In this document: positions 37,301-52,300 of the stretch, one piece after another
Position numbering within the stretch: the first letter of the stretch is position 1
Layout of the letters: every line of letters begins with the position of its first letter
Assembly: GCA_028023455.1 (NCBI GenBank)
Contig: JAQFVV010000003.1
Coordinates: 29,016,001-29,080,000, forward strand
Source of the DNA: Epiperipatus broadwayi
Lineage: Eukaryota; Animalia; Onychophora
Direction of reading: 5' to 3'
Length of the DNA: 64,000 bases
Position numbers and translations under genes: made by a program
Notes under the pieces: generated by a model
Database searches by the model: none
The model's input: the letters and a program-made list of their open reading frames with translations, nothing else
What the model was told of the DNA's origin: nothing

Positions 37301-40300
37301 ATTATTTTTATATACATATAATGCTTCAAATATAACTATCTATTGAGATTTAGTTGGATGCAGTCTAAATCTCAATTCAAATCTTGTGCTTGGCAATACC
37401 AATATTCTGTTTTTATATTTCATTTTGAAGATTACAAAATCATTTGTATCCAACTAAGCATATAATTTTGTTATTATTTTATAATTTAAAATTGATTCCC
37501 AAGAAAATTATTAATCAGTAGCTGGCAATTATTTGGAAAACAATTATCATATATTTGTTTTATATATATATCTAATTCTAAACATAGTAGATTTAGACAT
37601 TGTGGGTTTTTTTAATTAGCATTCATTTAAATAATATAATAATTTATAAAATTGTTCTATGTATTTATTATGTTTATCAGTTAAACAAATTATCCTATTA
37701 CATAAAAATTGATAATCATAAAAATAAACATTTATTGTAAACATTTTTATTTAATGGAAATTGGCTTCATGAATCATTTTCTACCAGCATGAATCTAATT
37801 ATATATATATAAGATTCTCAGAGATAATTATTTACAATATATATATATCCAAAAGTTACTTTATAATTGGGTCAGATGATTTTGGAGGCCAATCAATAAT
37901 CTTTTTGCTTCTTTCAATATATGTGTTTCAAAGAAATTTTCTCACATTCTTATTATAGTGAAAAAATACATGATTTTGCAAATTAAAAGGAAATTTAGAA
38001 AAAATACTATTACAATAACTTCTGGCATATCTGACACATATGTATACAGATAAAAAGTTGTGACGTTAATTTAATGGAAAAAAAATTTACTTTTGAGTAT
38101 GTTATATTTTCCTGCTATAATGATTAAAAAATATATAAATATAGCTTATATGTGTAAATAAATTTATAATTTATTAAGATTTTTATTTTTTATAAGATCA
38201 TTAGGTTTCTAATTTTTTTGGTTTTTTTTCTTTACAGCAGAGACTAGTTTAAATTATAACATTTTTTATATAAGCTATATTTAGATATTTTTGTTTATAG
38301 GATACAGCATTTTCTTATTATATATATATGCTTTCAAGAATAGTTCTCTACATATTGTTCCACAGTCATTCTATGAAAGCTTGAGTAATATATAGTAATG
38401 CTAATTTAGAGTAGGATGAAAATAATTTCTTCTGAAAATGAATGTTCATTGTAAGCAAAGAAATTCATATGTTTGTTTTATTGATAAATATTCTAGGCAA
38501 AAGAAGAAAGGTGCCTACAAATAGCATAAAACTGAGGTCACTAAAATATGGAATTAAATGATATATTGTTAGATCTATTCAATTATGCAAGATAAATTAG
38601 CTTGAGTTTAAAACTTAAGGTTATTTTTTAATTTCAGGCTATTAATTTGATAGTATAAAGGAGTTTAAGGTGGATGCTAGATATGTATGGGTATTATATC
38701 AAACTCCTCACTTATAGACAAACCAAAAACTAGTGAAGGATGTGGACATACTAGCATCTGCTATCCATTTATTACTCAAACTTACAATAGATGACTTTGG
38801 AATAGAGTAAAGGAAATTTCTAAAAGGAAGAAATCATATGGTGATTAGTTTTTGTTCAAGAAAATATGAAATCAAATTAATAGGATATTTTGACCAAGTA
38901 AGTAGTATACTTTTTATTGTCTGCATTACAAGTTTATTAACTTATATTATTGATTGTAGAATGAATCAGTCTTTTTTTTTAATATCAAACTTTTTTAAAA
39001 AAAAAAATAATATATATATATTTTTTGCGCTTATTTTAGAGCCTGGATTTAGATAAAGAAATTGTCAATTTAGAAGCTGCTGATTTAGTTGATACTGAAT
39101 CATTGCACAAACAAGTTCCTAATGATCATGCTAGATATCATTTATTTACATTTTGTCATACATTTGAAGGTGACCAGTTAGAAAGTGTCAGTAAGTTACA
39201 TTCAAATACTATTACTGTTTCTGTTTATTCCAATTATTTATTCTTTATTGTACATATAAGTCAGACTATATAGAAAATGATTTTTCAATCATCTTAATTA
39301 TAATAATAATTGTGATAATAAATGAGTCTGTTACATAGCAATAGTGTGAGGTATATCTGATCTAAATTTACAATTTCTGACTTAAATAGCCATAGCTGGG
39401 AAAGCTTTTTTTTTCTAATAGTAATTATTAGAAAAGTTTAATTGTGTAATGTGAATGCTATTAACATAGATCTGGATTGCTATCTAAAGATATCCCCAAT
39501 TATTATAGGGTATGTGATGTACTATCTGAAATATGACTTATGCAAATTTGGGTTGGATGTCTGTTTTCCATTAATGGAAAGTTTATTACAGTGATAAATT
39601 TTATGATTTTTTAAAAAGTTATAAAAATTATTATGAAAATAGTAATAAAAATGAATACTTTTTACAAAAATTATTAAAGCATAAATAGCTTAAAATTCCT
39701 ATTTTTATTTTTACCTTTTTTTTTTTTTATTTTTGTGTTGCTGAAATTTCTTCTCCATATTTTGATTTCTGCTGTATTCATATTTATTTTTGCTTATTTG
39801 AATTATTTGTTAGTGGTTTATTATCATAATCATTTATTTTAAGTTGTCATAAATCTAGAATGGAATTATAACATTTTTAGATTGCTGAAAATTTTTCAAA
39901 TAAACTAGAAGATATATATATATATTTTGATTTGAAAGTTAGCCTCTAACCAACCCACTTTGTATTGAGTATTTCTTGATTAATAGATAAATAGCTATTC
40001 TTACCCAAAGATTATTCAACTTGTTTAATTTCAAAGAATTTGATATATTCTTTTAGAATGAACTGTGAATCCAACATAAGACAGATAATTATGGACAAGA
40101 AATATTTATAAGACAGATATTTATGGATAAGATGTAGCAAGTGGTAAAACTTTATATAAAATTTTCAAAAGATTATTATTAATAGTATTAATGTAGTTAT
40201 ATTATTACTATTTTTTCTGTAATATTTTTTTCTTTATTTTGCTCTGAGGGCAATGGTAGATTGGAGAACTGGATTGAAGCTTATCCTGCTTCTTCTGGTT

Positions 40301-43300
40301 CTTAAACATGACAGGTTTTGCCTAATGAATAATGGTTTTTTTTAAATTCTTTATCCTACATAAATTTTCAATCATCTTAATACCATAATAAACATGATAA
40401 TAATTATTACTGTTGTTTAGATTAAAAATGAAATTGAATATAATTACAAGAGTTTAAAAAGTGATATGAATATAAAAATGAATTAGAAAAAAAGTCATAG
40501 AATAAGATTTTTAAATACTTAGTGAGTTGTTTAATTGATGTTGAGATAGCACAAAAAAATTTAGATTGATGATTCTAATTGCTAAACAAGCTTTTATAAC
40601 AAGAGTTAATTTTTTTGTATATACTATTAAAAATAGAATTAATTTTTAAAATATTTGTGGAGAATATATGTGCATCTGGATGGAGCAAAAATTTGTACTC
40701 TTTAAAAAAGAAAATAAATAAATGAATACATATAAATCAGACCTGAACTTTCATTTGAAACACAAATGACCAAGTCAAAACTGATTTATTTGAGACATGT
40801 TATGAATAATTTAATTAGCTAGAAAATTAAATAATTCTCAATTAATAGAGAATTTCTTCATTACAAAAAAAAAAAAGTGCTATTGAAGACACTGAAAAGA
40901 CAAACAGATGTCCAATTACTCTGAAAGAATGATGTTTATATAACCATTGGAAGTCAACATTCACTTGATAGCATTTAATAATAATAATAGAAAAAAACAT
41001 TTGAAATTTTTTAATGTCATTGATTTGTTGGAAAATGGAAGTGATAAATTGTATAGATGTTTATGAACATAGAAGTATTAAAAAAGCATGGTTAATTCAA
41101 CAAAACTGAGAGAGATTTTTTAATTATAACTTCTTTTTATCTTTTATATAATTAAGATATACATTTTTATTTGCATAACATGATGAACAAATTGAATTTT
41201 ATTATATTTTCAAAATCATAAAATTATATTAATAACATTAATCTTTAAATTCACATACCATAATAATCCTTTACAAATCAGACTTCATTGAGTGATTAAT
41301 ATAATGTCATTTGTATCATTGTAATCTGTTGATTATATAAAAAATAAATACACTTTTGTGGCATCATCAGAGCTTAACATTACATTAGTAATGATAATAG
41401 CAAAGCATTGATCAAACCAGCTAACAATTTCAGATGACAGTACAAATATAAATTATATTAATTTTAATAACCTTGGTAAATTAAATATTTAGTTAATATA
41501 ATAATCATTCTAAATAAGATTGAAACAAACAACTAATTATAATTATTTAATTATTAAACTGGCTTTCATCTCTTATTGAGATCTTTTTAAGATAAAAAGT
41601 TTTATACCTCACATGTCCAATTAATTACACTCACTCTATCTATTGGACATTATTCTCCTTAAACAATATTATTAACATATATAAAAAAATCATCAAATAT
41701 CACATGGTCAATCTATACATAAATAAACAAAACAAATTAAAATACATAACAAACTTTAAAACCATACAAATACATATATTTATATAAATAATATATATTT
41801 TAAAATATTTTTAATTCCTCTCACCTTTTTTTTTAACTTTCCATTTATAATTTTACAATAATTTTAAAATCTTCCAATTATCTAATAATACATATCTATC
41901 TAAATATTCTCTTATGATAATCTTTAACATATTTTATCATTTGAATATTCGGTTGTCGTCGATGAGCCACCATATCCCACTGGATGGCGCTGTTTTCGCG
42001 CTAAAACACATAAAAATGCCGTTTCCGCGGCCGACACGTTCGAACCCGCGTTTTCTATAATACAACTTTTTTGTTGTACTACAGATTGCAGGCCGCTATG
42101 TCGCGTCGCAGTACAGCATGTATGTTTATGCAGCAAATACATTTTCCCAATTCGCACAGTTTATAAAATAGTTACGGCTTGGGGAGAGGGTGTGTTTTTT
42201 TGAATTGGATGGAAATGTTATTTTCATTGGATTTTTTTTTATTTTAAAGTATTGAAATGTTCAGATTTTGTAAAGTAATAATTAACAGACTTTTTACACC
42301 GTAGTGTATTGAAGTTTTAAGTAGTAAATGTTGACGAGATATATGTATAAAGTGAATTGGAATTAGGTAACGCGTCAAGTAACGTACTGTTCGTAACATT
42401 TCCACGAGACATTTTAAGATTGTACCGTGTGTATATTTTTGAAATAAAAAAGAGCGTTAACACAAAAATATCCAGTAAGAAAAGTACAATTGTACACTGT
42501 TTTTTTAAATGTCATAAAAAGCATATATTATAAACATTTTATATATATATTTGTCGTTGTTTAAAAAAGTTTTAGTTTCTTTCTTTTCTCCGACTACTGT
42601 TATACTTTGTTGAATATAGTTTACGTTTATTGTTATCATTTATTTTATAGATGTTAGTAAAAAAAAATATTTACAAAAATACGATTTTGATATATTTTAT
42701 TTTAACCGTAAACCTAACCCTAAAACTAACCGTAAAACTTACCCTAAAGCTAACCCTAAAACTAACCGTAACAACTTTTACTTTTAGTTGTCATTCTATT
42801 TGAAATAAAAAATAGCGGTAAACAACAAAAAAAAAAAAGCCATAACCCCAGTAAAAAAATCTCCGATAGAAAATTGATTTTTCTAATAAAAAGAAAACTA
42901 AAAAAGACGAATCAAATTGTAATTTGTTTATTTTATTTTACATTTATTATTATCATTTAATTTGTATACGTTAATAAAAAATAATATTTAAAATTAAATA
43001 ATATTTAAAAAAGACGATTTTCTTTTGTTTTTATTTTTGCATTACAAAAAACACATCAAAATGATTATAATTAATGGCCCGTGAATGATCATATTTTATA
43101 GTTTTAGCGTGATAACTGCGCCATCCAGTGGGATATGGTTGCTCATTGACGACAACCGAATATTCTTCTCACATTCCATTTTATGACCAGTATCTAAATA
43201 ATGTATATACAGTTCTGAACTAATATCTTTCCTATTAATAGATGCTGCTCATAAAATAGAATAGGAGACAGATATTTGAGTTATAAAATATTGTAAGAGA

Positions 43301-46300
43301 ATATTTTTATGAAATTTTATATATTTGGAAAAATTTAGATAAATATGTAAATATAATTAAAGAGCCAGTAAAATTAGATAGAAAATGGACATTATTAGAT
43401 AATTGGAAGATTTAAAAATTATTGTAAAATTATAAATAGAAATGTATATAGTTGAAAAAATAAATGGTGGGGACGGGGTTAAATATTTTTTAAAAAATAC
43501 TTATTTATATAGATATATAAAAAAGTATATGTGTTTGTGTGGCTTTAAAGTTTGTTATGTATTTCACTTTGTTTTGTTTATTTATTTATAGGTTTATATA
43601 TATATAATGTTAATTATATTGTTTAGGGTGAGTAATGTTCAATAAGGTGGAGGGAGTGTAATTAATTGGTCATGCAGCATATATGAATGCCTAGTTAAGG
43701 ATATACCAAGTTTCAAAAAAAAGGGAGGAAGGAAATAACAGATGTAGGAGATATGAATGGGCATATTGAAGAAATTGATGCCATAGATAACAAGAATGGA
43801 CAGCTTTTGAAGAATTTTTGTCAGAGAGTGAATTTGACCATTGGAAATTTATCAACTATTTATGAGATATGATAATATACATGGTTTAGAAATAATATAT
43901 TTCACACAATAGATTGTGTTTTCGAGAAAAAGGGAATGAATAAAGTATGGAAAATTAAAGGGTTTGATAATGAATAGAGAGTATGTAATAGTAATCATAA
44001 GTTCTTTATAATAGAAATGGTTAGTAATGTGATGGAAAATAGTAATAAAAGCAGAAAAGATAGGGAAAGATGTGGATGGAGAATGAATGTTAAGAAGAAG
44101 TTAGAAGAAAATAAAAGTTGAAGAAATCATGGAGGAGTTGGTTGGGGATGAATATAAGGAATGGTGTGATAAAGTAGAAAAAATGGCAAATACGGTTTTA
44201 AATGATAATATTCAGAAGAATAAAAGTAATAGAAAAATGAGAGTTCGTAAAATTTAAAAGAGAGGAAAAAAGCATGCAGAGAATATAAGTGTGCTATTAA
44301 GAACAGAGAAAGTGAAAAATATATTGTTAAATGGGAAAAGTGTTTAAAAAAAAACGAAGTTGGAAAAAATAAATAATTATAGAAAGAGAATGAAATTAAA
44401 TAGTAAATTGTTGGAGGATATTAATAAAACTGGAAGAAATGGGAATAAAAAATTTTGGAAATATATTAAAAAAAAAGAATGTAGGGAAATAGAAATAGTA
44501 TTACTAGATGGCGAGGGAATAGAGTGTAGATCTAGAAAAGGGTTAGGGTTAGTTTATTTGTTTATAAGCGATGGTTTATTTATAGTTACACAACTTATAG
44601 ATATGAGTAGAAATGCAGGTAGGCAGTTATATATGGTTTTTATAGATATAGGGAAGGCATATGATAGAGTAAGTAGAAATAGATTATGGGTAAGTTTAAT
44701 AAATTTGGGAATGGATGGAACTTTAATGAATCTTATTAAGAGATTGTATGAAAATAATTACTATACTTATCAATTAGAAAATGTAGAATCAGTTAGAGTT
44801 AAATATGGTGTGGGACTAAGGCAAGGATGCCCTATGTCACCTATTTTGTTTTTGTTGTATTTGAAAAAAATGGAGAGAACAATAGAAAGATTGGGAAGAG
44901 GGGTAGAGATACCATTAATAGGTGGCAAGAGAATATGTACATTATCAGGTCTTTTATTTGCGGATGATGTCTTCTTGTGCACAGAAAGTAAGAAAGATCT
45001 GAAAGTTATACTGAAGACATGCACAAGAGTGGATAAAGAAATGGGAATTAAATTTAGTGAAGAAAAATAAAAAATAATGATGATTGACAAAAGAATTTTT
45101 ATTGGGGGATGTAAAGTTAACTGTAGTGATTAGGTATAACTGTTTGGAAATCATCTTAAGTAATCACAGAAATTGCTTGGATGAATGGGAGAAAAAATTG
45201 ATAAATGAAGCAAAGAAAAGGATTGATAAAGAAATTAACAGTATTTTCATATAATAAATATGATGTAGCTAAAATTGTATGGAAAGGAGGTGCAATAGCA
45301 GAATTAACATATGGTAATGATGTATTATGTGTTAGTAAAGGGATGTTAGATTACTTAGAAAAAGTACAAAGAGAAGTAGGAAAATGTGTATTAGATGCAG
45401 ATGTGTGGATGTCAAAGGAGGCAATTCAAGGAGAGATGGGATGATCAAGTTTTTATGAGAGATACAAAAAGCAAAATGAAAATATTTGATAGATTGCAAT
45501 TTATGGGTAATAAGAGAATAGCAAAATAGTATTTAATTGGGTTATGAGTAAAGGACAGGCAACAAGATGGGTGAGAAAGGTAGGGCACTATGCAAAAGAT
45601 TTGAATAAAGAATTTATGTCAATATACTTTTATAAAAGATGGGATGATTGTATTAGAATTGTTGGATATTATAGTGGCAACGAATGGGATAGAAGAATAG
45701 ATACATTAATAAGAAATAGGAAGATGGAGAGCTAGTATGGAAAGTAAAAAGTGTTTAAATATAAATAGAAATTAATTTATGATAATAGCAAAGAAAGTAG
45801 TTTCCTCTTTAAGGCTTGAACAGGATCATTAGCCATAAGAGAATATACACATAAATGGAAAAATATGGGTGGTTTAGTCTGCAAGTTATATAGGGAAGGT
45901 ATAGGAAATATTAGGCATCTGTTAATTAAATGTAAATGCCTGCAAGCAGAGAGGGTACAAATAATGACCTAATAAATATAAACAAAGTGATTATACAGAA
46001 AGTGGGTTCTTGGTTTTTATACTGGGTTTGGGAAAAAATAAGGGGAATTTAGATATAAGTCACGGAGTTGATGGAGCAGGATAGAGAAAAATATAGATAA
46101 AACTTGGGATGGGGAATGGAAAGGGAAAGTAAAGTGGCTAACAAATTTCTCTGGGCATAGTGTCTAAGAGATTCCTGACTTCGAAAAAGTAGAAGCCACA
46201 GTGCATCACATTACACGTGGTGTATCTTTACACTTTGAAAAGTCTCAATAAGACATGAAAGCCGGTTTGATAATTAAATAATTATATAAAGTATTTTCTT

Positions 46301-49300
46301 TCCTTAATTCGAATATAATAGTAATCGAAAACTATTTAGGAAAGTTTAAACTTTTAACAAAAGTAATATTTTAAGCATTGCTTTCGACCAGGTTGGTTAT
46401 AATCATAGAACTACAATAAAATATATAAATAAAAATAAATATATACATTAAAATTAAATATGCCATTTGCATGCATTGTATTATCATGTAAATGGCATAT
46501 TTAATTTTAATGGATATATTTATTTTTATATTTTATTGTAATTCTCTGATTACAACCAACCTGGTCAAAAAGAATGCCTAGATATTATTTTTATTAAAAT
46601 TTTAAACTTTTCTGAATAGTTTTCCATTATTATTAATTATAATTATAATTAGTTGTTTGTTTCAATCTTATTTAGATTGATTATTATATTAATTATATGT
46701 GTATAACAATATTGTAGACAAATAATTTTTATATTGAATATTTGACCATTATATGTAAATATTTAGTGTTGAGAATATATAATATTTATAAAAGTAATAA
46801 TTTGAAATGTATACAGACTCTAAAATTGTTGGCTGGAAGGATTGAGACTTTACTAAGATCACTGCTGTAATTTTTCAGGTTTACAAAATAACGATGATTG
46901 TTATACTGCTCATATAAGAAGAGTTGGAGACCAAATAAAAGTGGATTCATTTTCTAATGTGACTAGTAAATTATTTTGATATCAAAGGATGTTAAATGCA
47001 AATTTTTTAAAATGATTCTAGAAAGTCTGGTTTGTAAAGGATTATTATGGTGTGTACATTTGAAGTTTATTACTTCATAAATATTATATATCAGTACGAT
47101 ATATTTAATAGCTTTTGTTTATTTGCAAAGTTATTAAAATTACAAAATTTATATTTGCCTTGTAATTTGAAATTGTTGGCTAATTAGTTTGAGGCTTTGC
47201 TAGGACTGATGCTAATATAATGTTTTACTTCTACAAAAAATCAGATAAAAGTGGATTAATTTTTATAGAGCCTTAATCGTAAATTTTATATTGATGCTTG
47301 AAAGTCTAGCTTGTGAAGGATTATTGTGGCATGCACATTTGAAGATAAAACTTTTTTAAATAATAATATATTTTTAATATATCAAATTTATTAGCTTTTA
47401 TTTATTTAAAATATTGTTAAAATTATTAAAAGGTACATATATGTAAATATATTTAAGTTAATAGATACGATTTGAGCTTCCTATTTCAGGCTAAATGAAT
47501 TTTGAAATATTTTTCAGGTCACAAATAGATTTAGGAATTTTTCTTTCAGCTAGATGGCCCATAACCATCTCAGCTAGCCATCCAATAGTAATCAGCAAAT
47601 AGATAACTAATTATTTTTAGCTAGAGAATCCAGTTCTGCCATTCATTACTATACAGTTGCAGGGACTAATGTTTAATGACAGTCGAAGTAAAAAAGACCG
47701 AACAAGTTTGTATTCTAATGTTTAAGGGGCAAAATCAGAAAGTACCTTTGTATCTAACTATTCTCTGATTTAGGATAAAGTTTCAGCTTTAATCTAGAGT
47801 GGTCAGGTAATTGTTAATGTGCTGAATATTAAAAACAGAAATACAGCCGTATTATGATGAAGTTACAAATGCTGCTGACCTCTTTACAAGTCCTGACTCA
47901 TGATTAACTTTATCTGATATTTTGTCATGCTAAATTCTTATTTTTCTAGTAATAGTTTAAGGTTTATTATTGGTTTCTGATATTGGAAGATTTATTCCAT
48001 TAGCTTTTATGATTTTATAATGGTATCATGTTAGTATTATGCTCATTATAGAATAGTGATGTTAGGTCAATTATTTTGCTGTTGATATTCATTATTGTAA
48101 AGACATATATGGTAATACACTTTATTGCTATATCATTTCAATTATCATTAATATTCTTAACATCAATTTTAGTACAATTATTATCATTGCTATTAAATCT
48201 TTATTTTGTGCATTAAATGATTTTGTGACAGCAGAGTTCTGACATCTTCTTAGAAAAGAAGTCAAGCAGTAGGGAAATGATTATCGGTTGTAGTTTGTCG
48301 TCGCCATAATTTCAAAGCCTCTCTTCTCCGAAGAAGAATGAAATGCTACTTCACTTTTCAGCATTATGCTTTAATGCAAGAATTAGTTACATTATGCGCG
48401 AAACCTCTTGAGAGCAAGATTATGCAGGAATATATCTTTAAGTTTGTAGTGACATTTATCTGTTTCATAGTTCCCTAAATGAAATGATTGTCATGGAATT
48501 ATGAGATGCATATGTATTGAAAATCAACATTTATAAAGAAATATTTTAAGACCATTACTTGTTGTATTCTTTATTATTCTTTAATTCTAAAAATTAATTA
48601 ATGGTAAAATGTTCTAATTAATCTATTTTCACTATTTGATTAATAATATTAGCATCACATTCGTTTTTTAAATATATATGTAAGTAAAAATATTCATTTG
48701 TATATGTTGTTATTATCAATGTTATAATGACATATCAGGGATATCGTACTATTATCATCAGAGTAATGGAGGTCACTCATATAGCACCTCATCAGCATAT
48801 GTGATTGCTTGTTTTTCAACATTATACTGAAAGTGTGACTATATCTTCATGCAGATAGAAGTCACTCAAACAGTTGTTTTAAGATGGTGAATATAATCCA
48901 GACAAAATGTCAATATAATGTTGATATTAATAAGTGACCACATATGTAAAATAATCTTAAATGTAAGTTTATGTCTTTTACCTATAAAAATCTTCATATG
49001 CATATTAGATATAAACTGAAGAAACAAAACTATATTTATGTATTAGACTTCATGTAATTCTTTTTTATATCATTTTTTTAGTTTTTATTCACTCTATGCC
49101 TGGTTATTTCTGCTCAGTCAAAGAAAGAATGTTATATGCCAGTTGCAAAGCTTCTCTCATTGAAACTATTGAACAAAAATTTGAAATAGATATAACAAAA
49201 AAGGTAATATTAATAAATATGTATATGCACTGAATTCTATATATGTTATTTATCAACCATTTATCTTTCAGTTGAGATATTGTGATTGAGCAAAAATACT

Positions 49301-52300
49301 TCATTATTAGAGGTTTGTGCATTACAAGATAGTGTGGCTTTTTTTCTATTGGAGCTTTTTATTTCTTTATAGCTGCATTATATTTTTAAATTCACTCATT
49401 GTTATATATTTTAACAATTCTCATTTTACATATTATTACTCCTCATATTCCTTACATATTTTACCAACTTTGCCTAAGACCTCTTTTTTAGTTTTCTAAA
49501 ACTATAGCCATTTTAATATTTTGCATAGAAGTCTTTCTTTTTTCATTCTCCTAATATATTCAAGATATGCAAACTGTCTTTTTTGCATTTCATCCACTTT
49601 TTCTTTGTCATCAATTTATTTTATTTCTTACTTTATCTAACTTGATTTTCTGTCCAATTCTTTAAAATTTTCATTTTACATACATTCTATAATCTCTGCT
49701 TTTTACCTATTACAATGTTGTTTGTTATTTTAACAGCTTACTTTACAAACTTAATTTCAGAATTTTTATATTACTTTCTAATAAAAAATTATACTATTTT
49801 TATTACTGAAATATAATAAATTACTATTTCATATATGGAGAAAATTTAAATACATTGTTTATATAAATAATATTTATTTTATAAAACACAGACAGTTTTA
49901 AATTAAATTGAAAGGCTGCAAACCTCTCATGTTTATTATAATTATAATACTTATCTGACAGCCAATCAGATGTTGTGATGGCTGTCTGAATAGCGATCAA
50001 ACCGTAAACACAAGACAAAGAATTTTACAAGAAAAGGGTGGTCCACCCTCTTCTCTACTTGTCTTTCTATATATCTAAGCCAATCTGAAGCATTTAGTTG
50101 AGTTAAATGTGAAGATATTTAAAGCTTCACGCTCTCAAACCTAAATGCTTTAGACTGGCTTAGATATATAGAAAGACAAGTAGAGGAGAGGGTGGACCAC
50201 CCTTTTCTTCTAAAATTCTTTGTCTTGTGTTTACGGTTTGATCGCTATTCAGACAACCATCACAACATCTGATTGGCTGTCAGATAAGTATTATAATTAT
50301 AACAAGCACGAGAGGTTTGCAGCCTTTCAATTGTTTATATAATTAAAAGTCTGGAACCAAGTTGTTTTTATGTTTACTATGGGAAATCAAGAACAAAGCT
50401 AATAGATCCTACAATATATTTCACTAAGGCAAAACTCTCCATATAGTAGCACCACTCAGTGCAAGCCAGAGCATTCAATGGATACAGAAAAGTTTGTGCA
50501 TAAAATTCCTATCTAGTGCCTACTCATCTAATATTTCCAGAATAGTTTCTAATTGTGACTTTTATCAGTGAGGAGCTTTGGATCTGAGAGCACTACACCT
50601 AGATCTTAGGATCTAATGCAACCCTCCAGCAGTCATCTTTTATTTTTTTATCTAACTATAAAGCTTTGAGTTCAAAATGAAAACATTAATATTTTCAAGC
50701 TAAGCTCATTAGCTTTTATAGTTGTATAGATCTGAACTCAGTTAAGCATCCATACTTTTTGGTGTCTTTGATTCTTTAATAACCACACTCACCATCAAAT
50801 ATCACATGATTACCATTCTTTATACTTACACAAGCCATTTTTCACAGAAGCAAAATTCTCCATACAGTAGAACCACTCAGTGCAAGCCAGAGTAATCCAT
50901 GTGATGTTTGATGGTTTAATACCAATCCTATCCAATAGGATTATGGTGACTATGGTTATTAAAAAACCAAAGACATCAAAAAGTATAGATGCTGAACTGA
51001 GTTCAGATCTAGATAACTATACAAGCTAATGAGCTTGGATTGAAAACTTCATTTTGGACTCGCAGCTTTATAATTAGATAAAAAAGTAAAAGGTGGCTGC
51101 TGGAGGGTTGCGGTGCAGTGTTCTCAGATCCAAGGCTCCTCACTGATGAAAGCCACAAGCTAGAAACTAATCTGGGGATATTGGATGATTAGGCACTAGA
51201 TAGGGATTTTATCACAAACCTTATTGCATCCATTGATTACTCTAGTTTGCACTGAGTGGTGTTACTGTATGGAGAGTTTTACCTCTGTCAAAAACAGCTT
51301 ATGTAAGCATGAAGAATGGTGTTCATGTGATGTTTGATGGTTTAATTCTACAATACAATTGATATTTTTAGAGTAGAATGATATTTAGCCATGTTTCAAA
51401 CCTGAAGAAATACAGATGGTTTACACTGCTTATAATGACAGGAAATATGAAATTAAAGAAGCATGATTCATTAATAATAAAAATTCATTATTGAAGTGAA
51501 AATCTGATAATGTTCAATTGAGACCATTTAGAATGTGTGCATTTAAATGTATAATTTCACATTTATATTTTTATTTTGAATATGACAGTTGTCTTTTGAC
51601 AAGGATGCTCAGCATTGAGAATGCATTAAAGGTTATCTATGTTACTATGTAAATGTGAAAGTTTGGTTGTGACTTTATAACTCAACAATATTGCACCTAT
51701 CTTGACGAATCTTGCATGATTTTTTCTTTGTTTTAAAAACATTTGTAATTTGCAATATAAAAAATGCATGGAAAATCTATATCATAACTATTTTCGATTG
51801 ATGCCATATGAAGGCAGCAATGATTATAAGTTTACAGAATTGAACGAAAAATATAGTTTTTGGTAAAGCAAGGTAGAATTTGATTTTGTAGATATATTTT
51901 AAATTAATTAAATTGCATTTATATAACATATTTAATTTCTCATTTGAATAATGACAATTTAGATTAGTTATAATAATGAATTTGATAAACTTTTAGGATT
52001 TAACTTTACATATATATTTAACTAATAATTTACTAAGGCTGTAACCTTAGAAATAAGTGTCTGAAAAATACGAAGGTAGGGACCTCTATAGGTCTTAAAA
52101 CACAAGCTTACGCTATGAAGAAAAGAGAGAATCCACATGTTAAAGTAAAATTTAAAATGGCACAGGTATAGCAAGAGAAATACTACTGAATTTGATAAAT
52201 TTTTAGGATGTCTGTTAAAATATATTTTAACACATAAAAATGTGAACTTTAAAATTTCGCAGATATAGCAAGAGAAATACAATTTAATTTGATAACATTT

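Noticed and set aside
41355-41380. Isolated CUGAUGA matches (minus strand here; also near 25633, 48750 and 48787)
   Set aside because: No GAAA core with pairable stems at the right spacing.
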